Source of the DNA: Phoronis australis
Lineage: Eukaryota; Animalia; Phoronida
Assembly (NCBI GenBank): GCA_002633005.1
Contig: NMRA01000011.1
Coordinates: 1,771,275-1,835,274, forward strand
Reading direction: 5' to 3'
Length of the DNA: 64,000 bases
Below the pieces are notes generated by a model, which searched no databases, was not told the DNA's origin, and worked only from the letters and a program-made list of their open reading frames with translations. Below, piece by piece: positions 1 to 13,277 of the stretch. Both the position numbers and the translations under genes were made by a program. How positions within the stretch are numbered: the first letter of the stretch is position 1; each line of letters opens with the position of its first letter.

Positions 1-382
1 ATCTAATTGATTCTGAAAATGACTCAAGTTATTCCCAGTCATATCTAAGCAGTTGCTTATTTGATGAAATAAATTTCTTTTCTACTGTTGACAGTTGAAA
101 ATTGTATTTTTAAAATGGCCACTCGTAACACTAAAAGTGCATGAAATTCAAAAAACATGCATCAATTTCTCAAACATTGTCCGATTTTGATTGTTCTTTT
201 TTAATTTGCACAACTAAATAACTCTTTGCATATGATATTCAGTTGGCATTTGGTAAGTGAGCAAAAAATATTTTAGACCGTAACACTGTCTACTCTCAAT
301 ATAGACCTTGATTGTGATTTAACCGATTACATTCTCTGTTGATCCCTTACGTGTTTAACTCTCTATCCCTCCCACTTGTTAG

Positions 383-457
383 CTGGTTGCGCGGCAGAAG
401 CTGGAGACAGCAAAATCCACAGCAGTCCACATCCGACCGCCAGTACCCGCTCAGCTT
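383..457 (+). CDS. Possible phase 1-1 exon of the upstream repeat-exon gene (xGCAAEAGDSKIHSSPHPTASTRSA)
   Basis: Pyrimidine tract + ttag acceptor; 75 nt; open in phase 1; weak gtaaac donor. Confidence 0.35.
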
Positions 458-908
458 GTAAACGTTAATTCAGTCACGACAGGTTTCTGACATTATCGAC
501 TTCCTTATAATCGGAACCTTTATGGATTGACTTCATATTTAAATTGACAGTCTCCACGCAAATTCAAGAATTAAGGCCACCCTATTGTCACTACTCTTCT
601 TTTCCAATATATAGCTTCAGAACATAATCACACTTAGAATGCATATTATCATGATTGCGAGAGCTTCGGCAAGCGAAATGCCGTTCAGACATCTTTCGAA
701 CGATAGCTTCGACAGTACTTTCAAAAAGACGTACAGTACTTAATCCTGTAGATCAAAAACAGTTAGTTTTAATCAATGATGAAACCATCAGTACACCAGC
801 TGAATCCTACCGCGTATACAGGCGTATGTCTCGATCACCGCAGTTAGGATAATAACTTCACTTTCCAACAAAGACACACGGTCTACATCTTCTTTATGGA
901 ATTTTCAG

Positions 909-956
909 ATGAATCACTCCCCACTGAGAATCCTCGCCAGCCTTCTGCTGCCATCG
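909..956 (+). CDS. Phase 1-1 exon (xESLPTENPRQPSAAI)
   Basis: ttttcag acceptor, G|gtaagt donor, 48 nt, open in phase 1. Confidence 0.6.
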
Positions 957-1260
957 GTAAGTATGCAACCACGTAAGAAGGTGTTTATGAACCTGTAAAC
1001 CAATGAAACCAAGGCAAGTTACGTCATAGAGAATGGCATGAAACGGAAGTAGACGAGACGGAAAATACTGTTCCTAGGGCACGTTTGCATCCGAGATCTT
1101 TGAACGAAATGTCTAGACGGAGCCAGCAAGCCGATCTTGAACGTATCTCCGTATCTTGAAATTTCAGAAGTTGTGACATTTCACAGACGTACAGATAGGA
1201 CAAATTTAGGGTGCATGGGACGTTAAGCTTCCTGGGATAAAATTATGATAATTTAATCGC

Positions 1261-2085
1261 TTACACTAGCCCATGAATTATTATGAACAGACAATGTTTG
1301 GGCCTGCGATAATCCAAACGGGAGCCTCAGAAGTATTCAAATTGCCTGTGGTAATTCTCCAGAGGTGGCTTGTGGTCAGCAAATCTGACATTGGCCATAT
1401 GTTGTTCTCAGTAAACCTGGCTTCGAAAGTCGTCTCTTCTTGTTACAGCGGGACTTGCTTTTGTACCAACTTCAAAACCATTACAATTAAAAGGTTTCAA
1501 AATTGGTTCAATGTATGATTCCTGCTTAGTAACAGTTTTTCTATAGCCCAATTCTGGTTTTGTCACGTCCGGCTCTGCATTTTTAAATCGAGTCCCGAGT
1601 ACAACCTTTTATCGCTCACTTCTGTTCGTCTTGTTCATCCGCTCTTAAGCATGAGATTACACAGGTTTTGAGCTACAATATGCGTTGCAGCGTCTCCTAT
1701 CGTTTAATTAGTTTACCAGTGTAGTACCAACTTGTTTTAACCATTGTCCGTTTTTTCTTTTCAGATAGCACACCAGCTGCACCAAATCCCCAAGTACAGT
1801 TTCACGGTAGTGCCCGTTTTTGTATCCTCTAAACATTTCAAATTTCGATTTCCACATTTGCACCAATTCGTTATCGCAATTTCCTGCGTTTGGCTTTTTC
1901 AGGGATGCAGTCAAGCGCTGCGAACTCCACCCTAACGCCAGTGGAAGTTGATCCCTGCGGAGGTAATTCACTGTGAACAATTGATAGAAAGAGAACAAAA
2001 AGTGCATGTAGTTAAACGTTATCCGTTCCCATTTTTGCCACGAAATATGCCCTACTTTTTGAAGTGTGAAGATCATCTTCAACAA
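1261..2085 (-). mobile_element. Decayed ORF, possibly a Ty3/Gypsy-type gag relic
   Basis: ORF 1708-2085 continues in the same frame to 1261 with only a few stops. WKSKFEMF...LVCYLKRKNGQW resembles the retrotransposon gag W..KFE / YL.G.A..W pattern (by eye). Confidence 0.35.
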
Positions 2086-2350
2086 TGAAATCTACATGTA
2101 GACTTTCTTTTGGTCAGAGCATTGCAGTACATAGGGCCATCTACTCATTAGGCTTTCATAGATGTCGATTGCAACTATGCTAATTAGCGTAACCCTCCTT
2201 TCTCATCTCGAGGACACAAATACGCATAACGAGCGTCTGAGGCGTTTTGTCAATGAACAGTTGGGGCAGGTTGAGGTGTAATCAGAGAGTCTACAGTAAG
2301 AGCTTACTCCATCATTGTGAAAACAATGTCAAATGGCTTTATTTTTTCAG

Positions 2351-2440
2351 TAAGAAGATTCGCCGAACAAAATAACTTTCAGTACTGTCGCAGCCCCACA
2401 GTTATATATGCACAGACAGCCAACATGTACCCGGTTGAAG
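2351..2440 (+). CDS. Phase 1-1 exon (VRRFAEQNNFQYCRSPTVIYAQTANMYPVE)
   Basis: attttttcag acceptor, AAG|gtaagg donor, 90 nt, open in phase 1. Confidence 0.6.
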
Positions 2441-3208
2441 GTAAGGTTGTACTGTTCTTGTAGCCACCAACAAGTATGTATCTTAAGACACAATGCATGT
2501 ACATGTAGTGCTACCCATGTAGTCGGTGTATCATAACCAGTTTAATATAAAAAGCAATGGATTGGCTGTAGTTTAGACTGTGCACACCTTCACAAAGTTA
2601 AAATCAAAAGTTTTCATTTACAAGTATGAGTGCATAGCCTATCAGCTCAATCAGTTTTGATCTAAATCTTTTTTACTTAAATCTATTCACCTGATTAAGA
2701 ATCAGCATTTTGAAGCAACAGTTAGCGTGTTCCCCTCTTTTGTTTCATTTTGGGACTGTCATTATATTGTTTTATCGTTCAGCAGTGTTCACCTACTCAG
2801 TTCCAAGCAAAATAACGAAACGACCATTTACATGTATAGTATATACATATAGTATTGCAAATATGCCATTGTTCGCGAAAATGTTTGTTATTCGTTTTTG
2901 TGAGAAGTTGGCAAGTTCAAGGCTCCTATTTCAATGTCGGAATAAACGTTTGATGTTTTGTTTGTCAGTCAAAATGGAATGTCTTACATTAAAACGAATA
3001 TTCCAGGCTTCAGTGAATTTTACTGCCTGTTATCATGCTTTGCTACGGTAAAAGAAAATTGAAAATTAAGTAGAATTAGATTAGATTTTTTGGTTTAGGG
3101 AAAAGGTAAAAGTTTCGTTTTAATTTCCTTTTTAAGAATTCACGAATAAACCCAATTTCATGCAAATGCGTTGTTTTTCCGAACTATCGGTTTTGTTTTT
3201 ATTCACAG

Positions 3209-3274
3209 GCCCTCATGCACGTACGTTTTCGAGCAGTCAATCTGCAGCGCCAGATCCACATCCCAGTTATGAAG
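3209..3274 (+). CDS. Phase 1-1 exon, diverged outlier of the exon array (GPHARTFSSSQSAAPDPHPSYE)
   Basis: cacag acceptor, AAG|gtaatg donor, 66 nt. Ends catcccagttatgaag like the array exons; flanking intron at ~3040-3300 is recognisably homologous to the array unit. Confidence 0.7.
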
Positions 3275-3729
3275 GTAATGGTTGGAGCCTAACGGTTCCC
3301 AGTACGTTTGGAATTGATTGAAAATGGGTGCACTTCATAGAAAAAGGCATGACAGCGGAAATTCCAAGTGCAATTGCTTCGCAAGTATGCTCGGGCCATA
3401 CGCAAGTACTCAAGCAAAATGAAATGTTTGGTCGCTGAAGTTGAAATTTTGAATTACGCGATAGAATTTACTGTTAGCGTTCCATAAGCAAAAATTTGTC
3501 GTCGATGGGGCCTTGTGTTTACTCTACACACTCTATGATTCATCAATTACTAGGTAATGCAGTGTTAAAAAATACTGTGTAAATATTCTTTGAATTCTTC
3601 TCTTACAGTATGTTCGAGCAAAATCCATGCGCCAAAATTGATATTCTGTTGCAAATTCACAGAACAGTTTCACCATAATAAACAGCACAAGTTCTGGGTT
3701 TTATACCAAATTATCAGCCTGACATGGCC

Positions 3730-4760
3730 AATACAACCGTTGAATAACCCATTTCATCCCATATATGTGAAAATATGGACATTTTATACGTCACGTCATC
3801 AACTTTGAAATACGGGAAAGTAGAGCCAATCCGTATATCACGGTAGAGGCCGTATACAACGGTAGAAGCCGTATTTCACGATTGGTGAGCAGTCCTGGTG
3901 GAGCAAATTCGCGAGTGCAACACCAAATTTGATTGAGCTCGTTCATTTGGGTTACCTAAATCCTTAATCCAAGACGTCGTTGCTGAAAAAGCAGTTTTAC
4001 TGCTCTAAAAACAGAAAAGATTTACCGATGAAAATTACGACGCACAGTGATCAGGGCGCTTTTGGGCCTCGCTGAAGTTTAAATCTTAGTAATCATACAT
4101 GAAAATGGGTCGAGTGAAGTAGCGTCCCCGGCCAGCAAAACCAGCCAAAATCTAATTCAAACCCAACGCAGTGGAAACATACAGTATATCTACACTGAGA
4201 GGTAAGGTCTTTACAGGAAATTAAGGCCTAATAATTACTATGTATTTTTTAAGAGCCAATCGTCTGCTTGCAGCGTTCAACTCTCAGTTGCTGCCTACAG
4301 TAGCGTAAAATCTGCTTTTTGCGATACAGTCCTTACCTTAAGTTCAGCAAATCAGCACAGTTTCCACCACTATTTTCCAATGCTGTGATCAACATGGGGA
4401 AATGTTTCTATTCCTGTTTACAAAAGCTAAGGCAAGAAATTCATCGAAGCTAAAACGACACACTGCTGCACAACTCGGTTCCGGGAATATTTAAATTTTT
4501 ATATTCCCAGATGGATTGTTTCTAAGTTTCTGACAAAGTTTTGATCCTATTGAATGGTTCAGCGCTTTAAGTTGTATATTTTACAAACTGAAAATTCTTA
4601 TCAATTTACAGTGAAATAAATTTGGTTACTTAACACTTTCGCGCTGTCTTGTCAGGGTATCAGGGTACCGTACTTGGCACACACGGACGTCATATAACAA
4701 TAAGGTATTGCCACGCGATGTTACAAATGAGTCCAACATATATACATCTATGGGATAAAT
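3730..4760. mobile_element. Non-autonomous element, Crypton-like by structure; internal part repeated at 34362-34710
   Basis: Inverted pair tttcatcccata (~3752) / tatgggataaa (~4750); 19-bp minirepeats at 3831-3880; 3875-4200 aligns with 34362-34700. Confidence 0.4.
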
Positions 4761-4763
4761 AGG

Positions 4764-6003
4764 TTATACCACGTACATAGGAATACTACCTTTGGTCTCG
4801 TTGGGCCATTCCCAGATGAAATGAAATTCTCAATAAGTTACGGCAGTAGTGTTCCTAGGTATGTGGGATAACCTATAATAGTTATTCTACGCCTGTTGAA
4901 TAACATTTTGGTGGGAACCCGAGGCCGGATTCGAACCCGCTTTGCTAGAGTTTCAAATCGCCGAATTAACCGCATTCAGCAGCTGACGTCATCGTACGTG
5001 AAAATAGAATACTTTCATTTTCACGTACGTTATTAACGTAGAAAATAAATCTGAAACTAAATAAGGCGATCCAGATCCTCCCGAGGATACTATTGTTTCA
5101 CGAAATGTAGAATACAAATAGGTAAATAAAACAACAAGAATGGATCAACTGAAATTTTCGGATGTAGTAACGTCCTATGTCAACAGAAACAGAAATAAAG
5201 TAAAGTCAAACACTATATGATTTTGCTTTATTTCTGTTTCTGTTGACACAAGACGATATTAAATCCGGAAATTTCAATTGATCCATTCTTGTTGTTTCAT
5301 TTGCCTATTTATATTCTACATGGCGTTATTAAAAAATGAGAACGTGCAGTAATCGCATGCTCAACAAACAGCATTGTACCGACATTTATACGCTGTGATT
5401 AATGAAATTTCAATAAAATAGCATTTTTGATTTAGTAAAATTTATCTGACATTTTCTCTCGCTTGTATATCATGGATCTCCAGTTAAAATGCGAGTGACG
5501 TGTCGTCGTGATCCCTTGACTTGGGCATTATACTCAGTAACCAGTGGTAATCTATTTTAGCAGACGCTATTTTCCCAGTGGAAGCTTGGTACGATAACAT
5601 GTGTAGTAAGATAGACGACTTGTTTAAAACTTATTTTATATTCACTTTATTTCTATTTTGATTAAATTTTGCTTGGATTTGAGTAAAAGCATTGTGTTAT
5701 CAAGAATAAGTTGACGTTTCTTAAAAGGTCACGACCTCCAACCCTGGACCTCTGACATAGACAGTAGTTACAAAGCCGAGGCTAGTCCAGAAAGGTAGAT
5801 CAATTCATTGAAATGTTTATCCTTCAGTAATGTGGTATAAATAGATTATTATATATTCTCAGTCGTTATCCCCTTTTTCAAGGGCCCTCGTGAATTTTAT
5901 AAAATTTTCGCCCTCGAAGCTAACGCCTTGGGTGATAATTCTTTAAAATCCACTTGGGCTCTAGATTAATGGGGATAACGACTTCGCCATATAATAATCT
6001 ACA
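4764..6003 (-). mobile_element. Hairpin-ended non-autonomous element (Crypton-like) with tRNA-like cassette; inverted copy of 47311-48417
   Basis: Colinear reverse-complement similarity to 47311-48417; ~130-bp terminal hairpin at ~5855-5990; B box (ggattcgaaccc) at ~4927. Confidence 0.65.
5105..5321. repeat. Foldback palindrome (~100-bp arms) inserted in the element above
   Basis: atgtagaata...gtcaacagaaacagaaataaag / ctttatttctgtttctgttgac...tattctacat; absent from the 48.2 kb copy; cgttattaa direct repeat at 5028 and 5324. Confidence 0.8.
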
Positions 6004-6009
6004 TTTGCT

Positions 6010-6700
6010 TAACATCTTACTAGTGCGTTGGGCATTTTTGCAGGTAGACCCCATGCGCCACCGGTCTCGAATATCCGATTTCGAGATGAAGGCTCAGATA
6101 CAGGTATATAAGGGCAATGCAGACTGTCTACATGTAAATGTCGATGTCCTGTTGTCAGAAGATGTAGTTCAGTGGGGTTTCATAATCATGGATACTCCTT
6201 GGTTTCGTTTATTCTTTCTTACAACATATTAAAATATGTATCTTCGATTGCCACAAGTACAGCAATGAACAACTGTGTAATTAGGAATGTAACTTTAATA
6301 AATTTTTCCTTGTGGATAAGTGGATGTAATGTGGGAACCATAACACGTTTGTTTTTGCATGACTCCTGAAAGGTCAGTGCACGAAACTCGATGTGAGTTC
6401 TTAAAAGCTGATGTACACGTCAACAATAATCGGTTTTGCCGGGTCATCTGGAATCATTGCTTTTCCTATTTTGTGTTGGAATCCTCGAGAATATTACTCA
6501 AACATTATCCTCTTGTAATGTCAGCATTATTTAATCTGGAATTTATCATCAGTTTTGTTTTAACAATTGAAAAGTCGATTTCGGAATCAATCCACTAATA
6601 GAACGTGTAAACCAGTATTCATGTAACCCATAGCACATCCTCAATACGAAAACCTTTATACATCAGGAAGGGTGCATTTAAACAACACTCGTAAGAACCT
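6010..6700 (-). mobile_element. Possible highly decayed Penelope-like RT fragment
   Basis: GCAMG-like (~6630) and VTFL-like motifs in broken minus-strand frames; weak. Confidence 0.25.
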
Positions 6701-7618
6701 TCGTATCATACAGTAGTTAAGACAGCCGTGGGGATTCACTAGCGAGGTTGACGCCGCATTTCTAAAAAGTGCAACATTCTTGTTGACTTGAGACATGATC
6801 GCAGTTTACATTCGAACAAAAGGCACCCTTTACACAACACGTGTATGAGTTCTTTTGCCAACAGAATATCATGGCACGACCTTCTCAGATAAGGACAGGC
6901 GTCAGACATTTAACAGCGTCCTCCCAATATTGCGTATAATTTTGTGAACTATCTGAGTATTAAGGTTGCTGAAAGTTGATTATGCGCACTAGCGAGCGTT
7001 ACGCCCCATTTTTGTAAGGACATAACACTCCTCTTGACGTGAGACATGATCGTAGTAAGCAGTGCACTCTTGACTCAGCACGTGTATGTATGTATTTCGT
7101 TGCCAACAGAATGTCATGACACGACCGCCTTAGCTAGGGGCAGGCGTCAGACCTTTGACAAAACGAGGCACAGATATTTAACAGCGTGCTCCAAACATTG
7201 CGTATAAGTTTGTAAATTATTTGAGTATGAAAGTTGATCATGGGTAGTCAATCGAATTCCTTGCTTTTGCCCAGTCATGTACTTGCCAGTGGGAAATGGT
7301 GTGGACCTAACTTATCAATCACTGAGGGTAACAGTTAAACCATTTCACGATGTTTATCCGAGACTCACACTCCTCTTTCTCTTGCCTATCTTAAAGGGTC
7401 TTCTCTCAATGCCCCGTGTCTTCCCCTTTCTTCGTTTTTTTATGACAAAAGCAATTTAGTCACATGTCGCTTCATGGAAAAGGTATAAAGTTCATGTTGG
7501 TTTTCGTTTTAAGTATACAAAATATTCTTAATTCATGCCAATCTGTTAATTGTTACACAGAACAATCAACTTTGTTTCATACATAGACCCTCTTACACAT
7601 GCGTTTTCTATTTTTCAG

Positions 7619-7663
7619 GGAGGAATATGTATATGCAACAAGTTCCCCCTCCCAGCTATGTAG
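7619..7663 (+). CDS. Array exon 1, GRNMYMQQVPPPSYV (PPxY motif)
   Basis: tttttcag / gtaaga, 45 nt, phase 1-1 open. Confidence 0.75.
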   Translation, partial: GGICICNKFPLPAM

Positions 7664-8198
7664 GTAAGATGGGAGTAAAAACGTTCAAAATTTTTCAGTT
7701 GCGGCTCTGTCTCAGTTTTTCAATTGAATCACGATTTCAGTTTTTTGCTTATTTTCTTTGTCAGCAAACATAAGACCAACAAAACCCTATTTTAAAAGTA
7801 CTGGTTTAATGCTTGCATTACGTGGTACAGTACCGCAATCAATCAATAGCATGTCGTAGTCGGACAGTTTTAGAAACTTTGTGACTTGCCTCGTCGCACA
7901 ACTGTGCATGCAGTTTTGTTTTAGGCACGACTTTGGTGATTAACCTAAAATTTGTGAACAGAACTGAAGGTGAAATGTTTATCTGCGGATAGATGTCGAT
8001 TGACTGTTTCAGCCTTTTTACAAGCCCACTCACGCGTTTACTAAAACGTCAAATTCAAAACAAGAATAGTTAGAAGTGAACAGTAACGACATAGCACAGG
8101 TGGTCGTTTTATCAATTCATTCATATCTGTTGTTACACAGAGCAATCAGCTTTATTTCATTCATTGACTCTTGTGCACATACGTTGACTATTTTTCAG

Positions 8199-8240
8199 GG
8201 AGGAATATTTCTGCACAAGTTCCCTATACCAGCTATGAAG
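8199..8240 (+). CDS. Array exon 2, GRNISAQVPYTSYE
   Basis: tttttcag / gtaagg, 42 nt, phase 1-1 open. Confidence 0.75.
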
Positions 8241-9501
8241 GTAAGGGTAGGAGTTGTATATAATTTTTCGATTGCAGCTCTGAGTCAATTTTTGTATAAA
8301 GATTTCATTTTTCCTCATATTCATAGTCAGAAAACGTAACACTAACCCCAAAGCTGTACTTAAAAGTAATGCTGCCTATATAACATGGTGCAGTGCTAAA
8401 ATCACGCCGTAGCATAACGTAGCTCATTGACATTTATGGAGACTAAGCGACTTACCACCTCGCAGAACTGTTTTTGTTGATAGTTGAAAGATATAAACGT
8501 ACTCATACGTTTTCATTTCTTTGATAAAACATTTTAAGCCCAACTTTTAGCTATTAACCCACAATTGGTGAACAGAAATGAAGTTAAAAAGGTTGTGTGC
8601 GTATAAAAGGTGAGTCACTGTTTTGGCCCTAGTACACGCAGACTTATGTGTGCACAAAAAACAAATTCATACAAGATTCATTTGAAGTGAACAGAGAAGA
8701 CAGGGCAAAATAACCTTTGTGCCTAAGAGATAGCTTGATCAAAGGTCGATAGCCTGGTCATATATGAAGCTAGCTAAGTCGCAGCCTTTCATGACCGAAG
8801 ATGACGATGCATTTTTGTAAAAATAAAATGTTTTTACTTACGTGGGACATGATCGTAGTTTACATTAAATAAGGGCACCCCTCAAGCAACACGTGTATGG
8901 ATTGAGTTATTTTGCGAATGGTAGCAGAACATCATGATGTGACCGTCTTAGCTAAGTACTGGAGCAAAACCTTAGACAAAGCCCAGATATTTATTCCCAA
9001 CTCACACTGTACGCCAAACATTGCATATTTGTAAAGTATCTGTGTTCGAAGGCTACTCAAACTTGATTATGCGGAGTAAATCGCATTGAATTCTTGTTGT
9101 TGTTAGAGTCATTTTCCAAGAAGTCAATTTTGCTGTAGACCTAACTTACCAATCATTGAAAGCAACAGTTGAACCATCTCACGATCTTTACGAGCGTTTT
9201 AATGTACTGTGTGCGTTGCCCTTCTGAAGGCAACGATCGTCATTGTCGCATTTCAACTGCTTTCCTCGATGTTCAAGAACAAATAAGCTTTGTCACAGAA
9301 AGAGAAAATTGACAATTAAGTCGATTTTCACTATTCGGTTCACGGAAAACGACAAGCATGATTATAGTGTTGATTTTCGTCTTGAAAATTCAAAATATTC
9401 TCAATTCATGCAAATCTATTGTTACACAGAGCAATCAAGTTTGTTCCATTCATAGACTTTCTTGCACATACACCTGTACATGTACGTTGGCTATTTTTCA
9501 G

Positions 9502-9546
9502 GGTGGAATACTTCTATACCTCAAGTTACCCATCCCAGCTATATAG
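9502..9546 (+). CDS. Array exon 3, GWNTSIPQVTHPSYI
   Basis: tttttcag / gtaagg, 45 nt, phase 1-1 open. Confidence 0.75.
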   Translation, partial: GGILLYLKLPIPAI

Positions 9547-10137
9547 GTAAGGATTAGGAGCTAAAACTTGTCATAATCTTTCAGTCGCAGCTTTGTCTCA
9601 GTTTTTGGATCACGATTTTGGGTTTTTTGCTGATTTTCTTTGTCCGCAAACGTAACACCAACTAGAAACCGGCGCTTAAAAGTAATGGTTTAATGCTTAC
9701 ATTACGTCGTACAGTACCAAAATTATGCAATAGCATAACGTACAGTAGCAGGAAAGTTTAGAAAAGAATGTAACTTGCCACCTAGCACAATTGTGTAATG
9801 CGGTTTTTACGTGGTTGAAAGATTTAAAACATATTTACATGTTTTCACGTCTTTGATATAACATATTTCAAGCACGACTTTGATTGTTAACCGATAACTG
9901 GTGAGCCGAACTGAGTGTGGAAACGTTATCTGCGGATCGATTGACTGTTTCAGCCTTACTACAAGCCCACTCATGCGTTTACTAAAACGTCAAATTCAAA
10001 ACAAGAATCGTCAGAAGTGAACAGTGACGACATAGCACAGAGGGTCGTTTTATCAATGCATGCATATCGTTGTACACAGAGCAATCAGCTTTATTTCATT
10101 CACAGTCTCTTGTGCACATACGTTGACTATTTTTCAG

Positions 10138-10182
10138 GGAGGAATATTTCTGCACAACAAGTTCCCTATCCCAGCTATGAAG
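10138..10182 (+). CDS. Array exon 4, GRNISAQQVPYPSYE
   Basis: tttttcag / gtaagg, 45 nt, phase 1-1 open. Confidence 0.75.
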
Positions 10183-10816
10183 GTAAGGATAAGAGCTATA
10201 ACTGTACATAATTTTTCAATTGCAGCTCTGGGTCAGTTTTTGTTTAAAGAATTCATTTTTTGCTAATTTTCATTGTCAGAAAACGTAAGACTAACACCAA
10301 ATCTGTACTTAAAAATGCTTCTTGCCTATATTTCGTGATACAAGATACCAAAGTCACGCAGTAGCTTAACGTACATTTGGCTGGACATTTATGGAAACTA
10401 TGTGTCTTACCACCTCGCATAACTTTTTGTGTGGTTTAAAAACGGTTCAAATATATAAAATACTCTCATTTGTTTTCACTTCTTTGATAAAACGTTCACA
10501 TAGTATTTTGGTTATTAACGAAAATTTGGTGAGCAGAAATGAAGTTGAATGTGTTCACTAAAAACCAAATTCGCACAAGATTCATTAGACGTGAACAGAA
10601 AAACTAGGGCAATGTAACTTTTGTGCATCAGTAGATTGTTTTATCAAAGGTCGATAGCCCAGTCATATACTAAGCTAAGACAATTGCAGGCATTCACCAG
10701 AAAAGATGATGCCGCATTTTCGTGAGAATGAACCATTCCTACACACACGAGACATGAACGAAGTGATCGTGGTTTACAAAAGTCATTAAGAAACAGAGCC
10801 ATTCAAAAACAACTAA

Positions 10817-11099
10817 TATTAAAATCTCTTGGTCTGTTTACACCGACTCCTTATCTATGTTCATTTTCACATATTCGGTCGGTCTATTCTCCGGCTATCG
10901 TCAGGTGTTCCTGTGTTCTTAGAACGAGCACGGACAGTATATCATCAGAAGTTGCACCATGATGAGTGTACCACATACCCGTGCTCGTTCTTCTAAGTAC
11001 GCAGGAACACTTGACGATGGCCGGAGAATAGACCTACCGAAACGCCGTGACAATGTAAATTGACAGGATGTCGGTGTAAAAAACCAAGAGATTTTAATA
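10817..11099. repeat. Palindromic Penelope-type insert with two inverted hammerhead-like motifs (cores mutated in this copy)
   Basis: tattaaaatctcttggt...accaagagattttaata arms; ttgacga...gaaacgcc on +. Confidence 0.75.
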
Positions 11100-11708
11100 A
11101 TAAATGTAACACGTCACCACCTCAGAGAGGTTTTACAAAGTCATTCAAAACAATTGTATCAATTATTTTGCCAAACGTGGCCGAATGTCATGAAAGGACC
11201 GTCTCACCTAAGAACATGCGTACGAGTTTGCAAGTGGCCCAGATAATTATGACAACTCACAGCGTACCCCAAACACTACAGATTTATGAGCTATTTGCGT
11301 TCGAAGGCTGTTCAAAGTTGATCATGGGCAGTAGAACCCATTGATTGCTTATTGTTCGTATTCATATGCTAGCAAGGCGGTCAATGCTTTAGAGCTGACT
11401 TACCAAACCTTAAAAATAATAGTTGACCCATATCACGATTATACCAGTGTTTCACAGTCTAGTGGGCATTGTCTGTCTAAAGGAAAGGTCCTCATTGCCA
11501 AATTTCTCCTGATTTACTCCATTTTTAAAGACAAGCCCACTCATGCGTTTACTAAAACGTCAAATCCAAAACAAGAATCGTCAGAAGTGAACAGTAACGA
11601 CATAGCACAGGGGTCGTTTTATCAATGCATGCATATCTATTGTTACACAGAGCAATCAGCTTTATTTCATTCATAGACTCTTGCGCACATACGTTGACTA
11701 TTTTACAG

Positions 11709-11753
11709 GGAGGAATATTTCTGCACAACAAGTTCCCTATCGCAGATATGAAG
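11709..11753 (+). CDS. Array exon 5, GRNISAQQVPYRRYE
   Basis: ttttacag / gtacgg, 45 nt, phase 1-1 open. Confidence 0.7.
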
Positions 11754-12357
11754 GTACGGATAGGAGCTATAACTGTTTATAATTTTTCGATTGAATCTCT
11801 TGGTCAGTTTTTGTATAAAGAATTCATTTTTTGCTAATTTTCGTTGTCAGAAAACGTAAGGCTAACACCAAAGCTGTACTTATATATGCTTTTTGCCTTT
11901 ATTACGTGGTACACGATACCAAAGTCGCGCCATAGCTTAACGTACATTTAAATGGATAGTTATGGAAACTATGTGTCTTAGCACCTCGCATAACTATATA
12001 AAATATTCTCATTTGTTTACACTTCTTTGATAAAACGTTCATATAGTATTTTGGTTATTAACGAAAAATTGGTGAACAGAAATGAAGTTGAATGTGTTCA
12101 CGAAAACCAAATTCGCACAAGATTCATTAGAAGTGAACAGAAAAACTAAGGCAATATAACTTTGTGTATCAGTGGATTGTTTTATCAAAGGTCGATAGCC
12201 CAGTCATATACAAAGCTAAGACAATTGCAGGCATTCACGAGCCAAGATGATGCCGCATTTTCGTAAGAATGAACCATTCCTACACACACGAGACATGAAC
12301 GAAGTGATCGGGGTTTGCATAAGACATTAAGAAACAGAACCATTCAAAAACAACTAA

Positions 12358-12622
12358 TATTAAAATCTCTTGGTCTGCTTACACCGACTTCTTGTCTATT
12401 TTCATTGTCACGACGTTTCGTTCAGTCTATTCTCCGGCTATCGTCAGGTGTTCCTGCGGTCTTAGAACGAGCACGGACAGTATATCATCAGAAGTTGCAC
12501 CGTGATGAGTGTACCACATACCCGTGCTCGTTCTTGTAAGAACGCAGGAACACCTGACGATGGCCGGAGAATAAACCTACCGAAAAGTCGTAACAATGTA
12601 AATAGACCAAGAGATTTTAATA
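12358..12622. repeat. Palindromic Penelope-type insert; minus-strand hammerhead core intact at 12409-12450
   Basis: Reverse complement reads cac-CTGACGA-tagccggagaatagactgaac-GAAAC-GTC-gtg. Confidence 0.75.
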
Positions 12623-13232
12623 AAAAATGTAACACGTCACCACCTCAGAGAGGGTTTAGAAAATCATTCAAAAACAATTGTATCAATTATTTTGCCAAAC
12701 GTGGCAGAATGTCATGATAGGACCGTCTCAGCTAAGAACATGCGTACGACTTTGCAAGTGGCCCAGATAATTGTGAGAACTCACAGCGTACTCCAAACAC
12801 TACAGGTTTATGAGCTATTTGCGTTCGAAGGCTGTTCAAAGTTTATCATGGGCAGTAGAACGCATTGATTGCTTATTGTTCGTATTCATATGCTAGGAAG
12901 GCGGTCAATGCTTTAGAGCTGACTTACCAAACCTTAAAAATAATAGTTGACCCATATCACGATTATACCAGTGTTTCACAGTCTAGTGGGCATTGTCTGT
13001 CTAAAGGAAAGGTCCTCATTGCCAAATTTCTCCTGATTTACTCTATTTTTAAAGACAAGCCCACTCATGCGTTTACTAAAACGTCAAATCCAAAACAAGA
13101 ATCGTCAGAAGTGAACAGTAACGACATAGCACAGGGGTCGTTTTATCAATGCATGCATATCTATTGTTACACAGAGCAATCAGCTTTATTTCATTCATAG
13201 ACTCTTGCGCACATACGTTGACTATTTTACAG

Positions 13233-13277
13233 GGAGGAATATTTCTGCACAACAAGTTCCCTATCGCAGATATGAAG
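13233..13277 (+). CDS. Array exon 6, GRNISAQQVPYRRYE
   Basis: ttttacag / gtaagg, 45 nt, phase 1-1 open. Confidence 0.75.

Noticed and set aside
3609-4201. Additional exons (acceptor ~3608, donor ~4202)
   Set aside because: They lie within repeat-derived sequence and no stop-free phase 1-1 exon can be formed.
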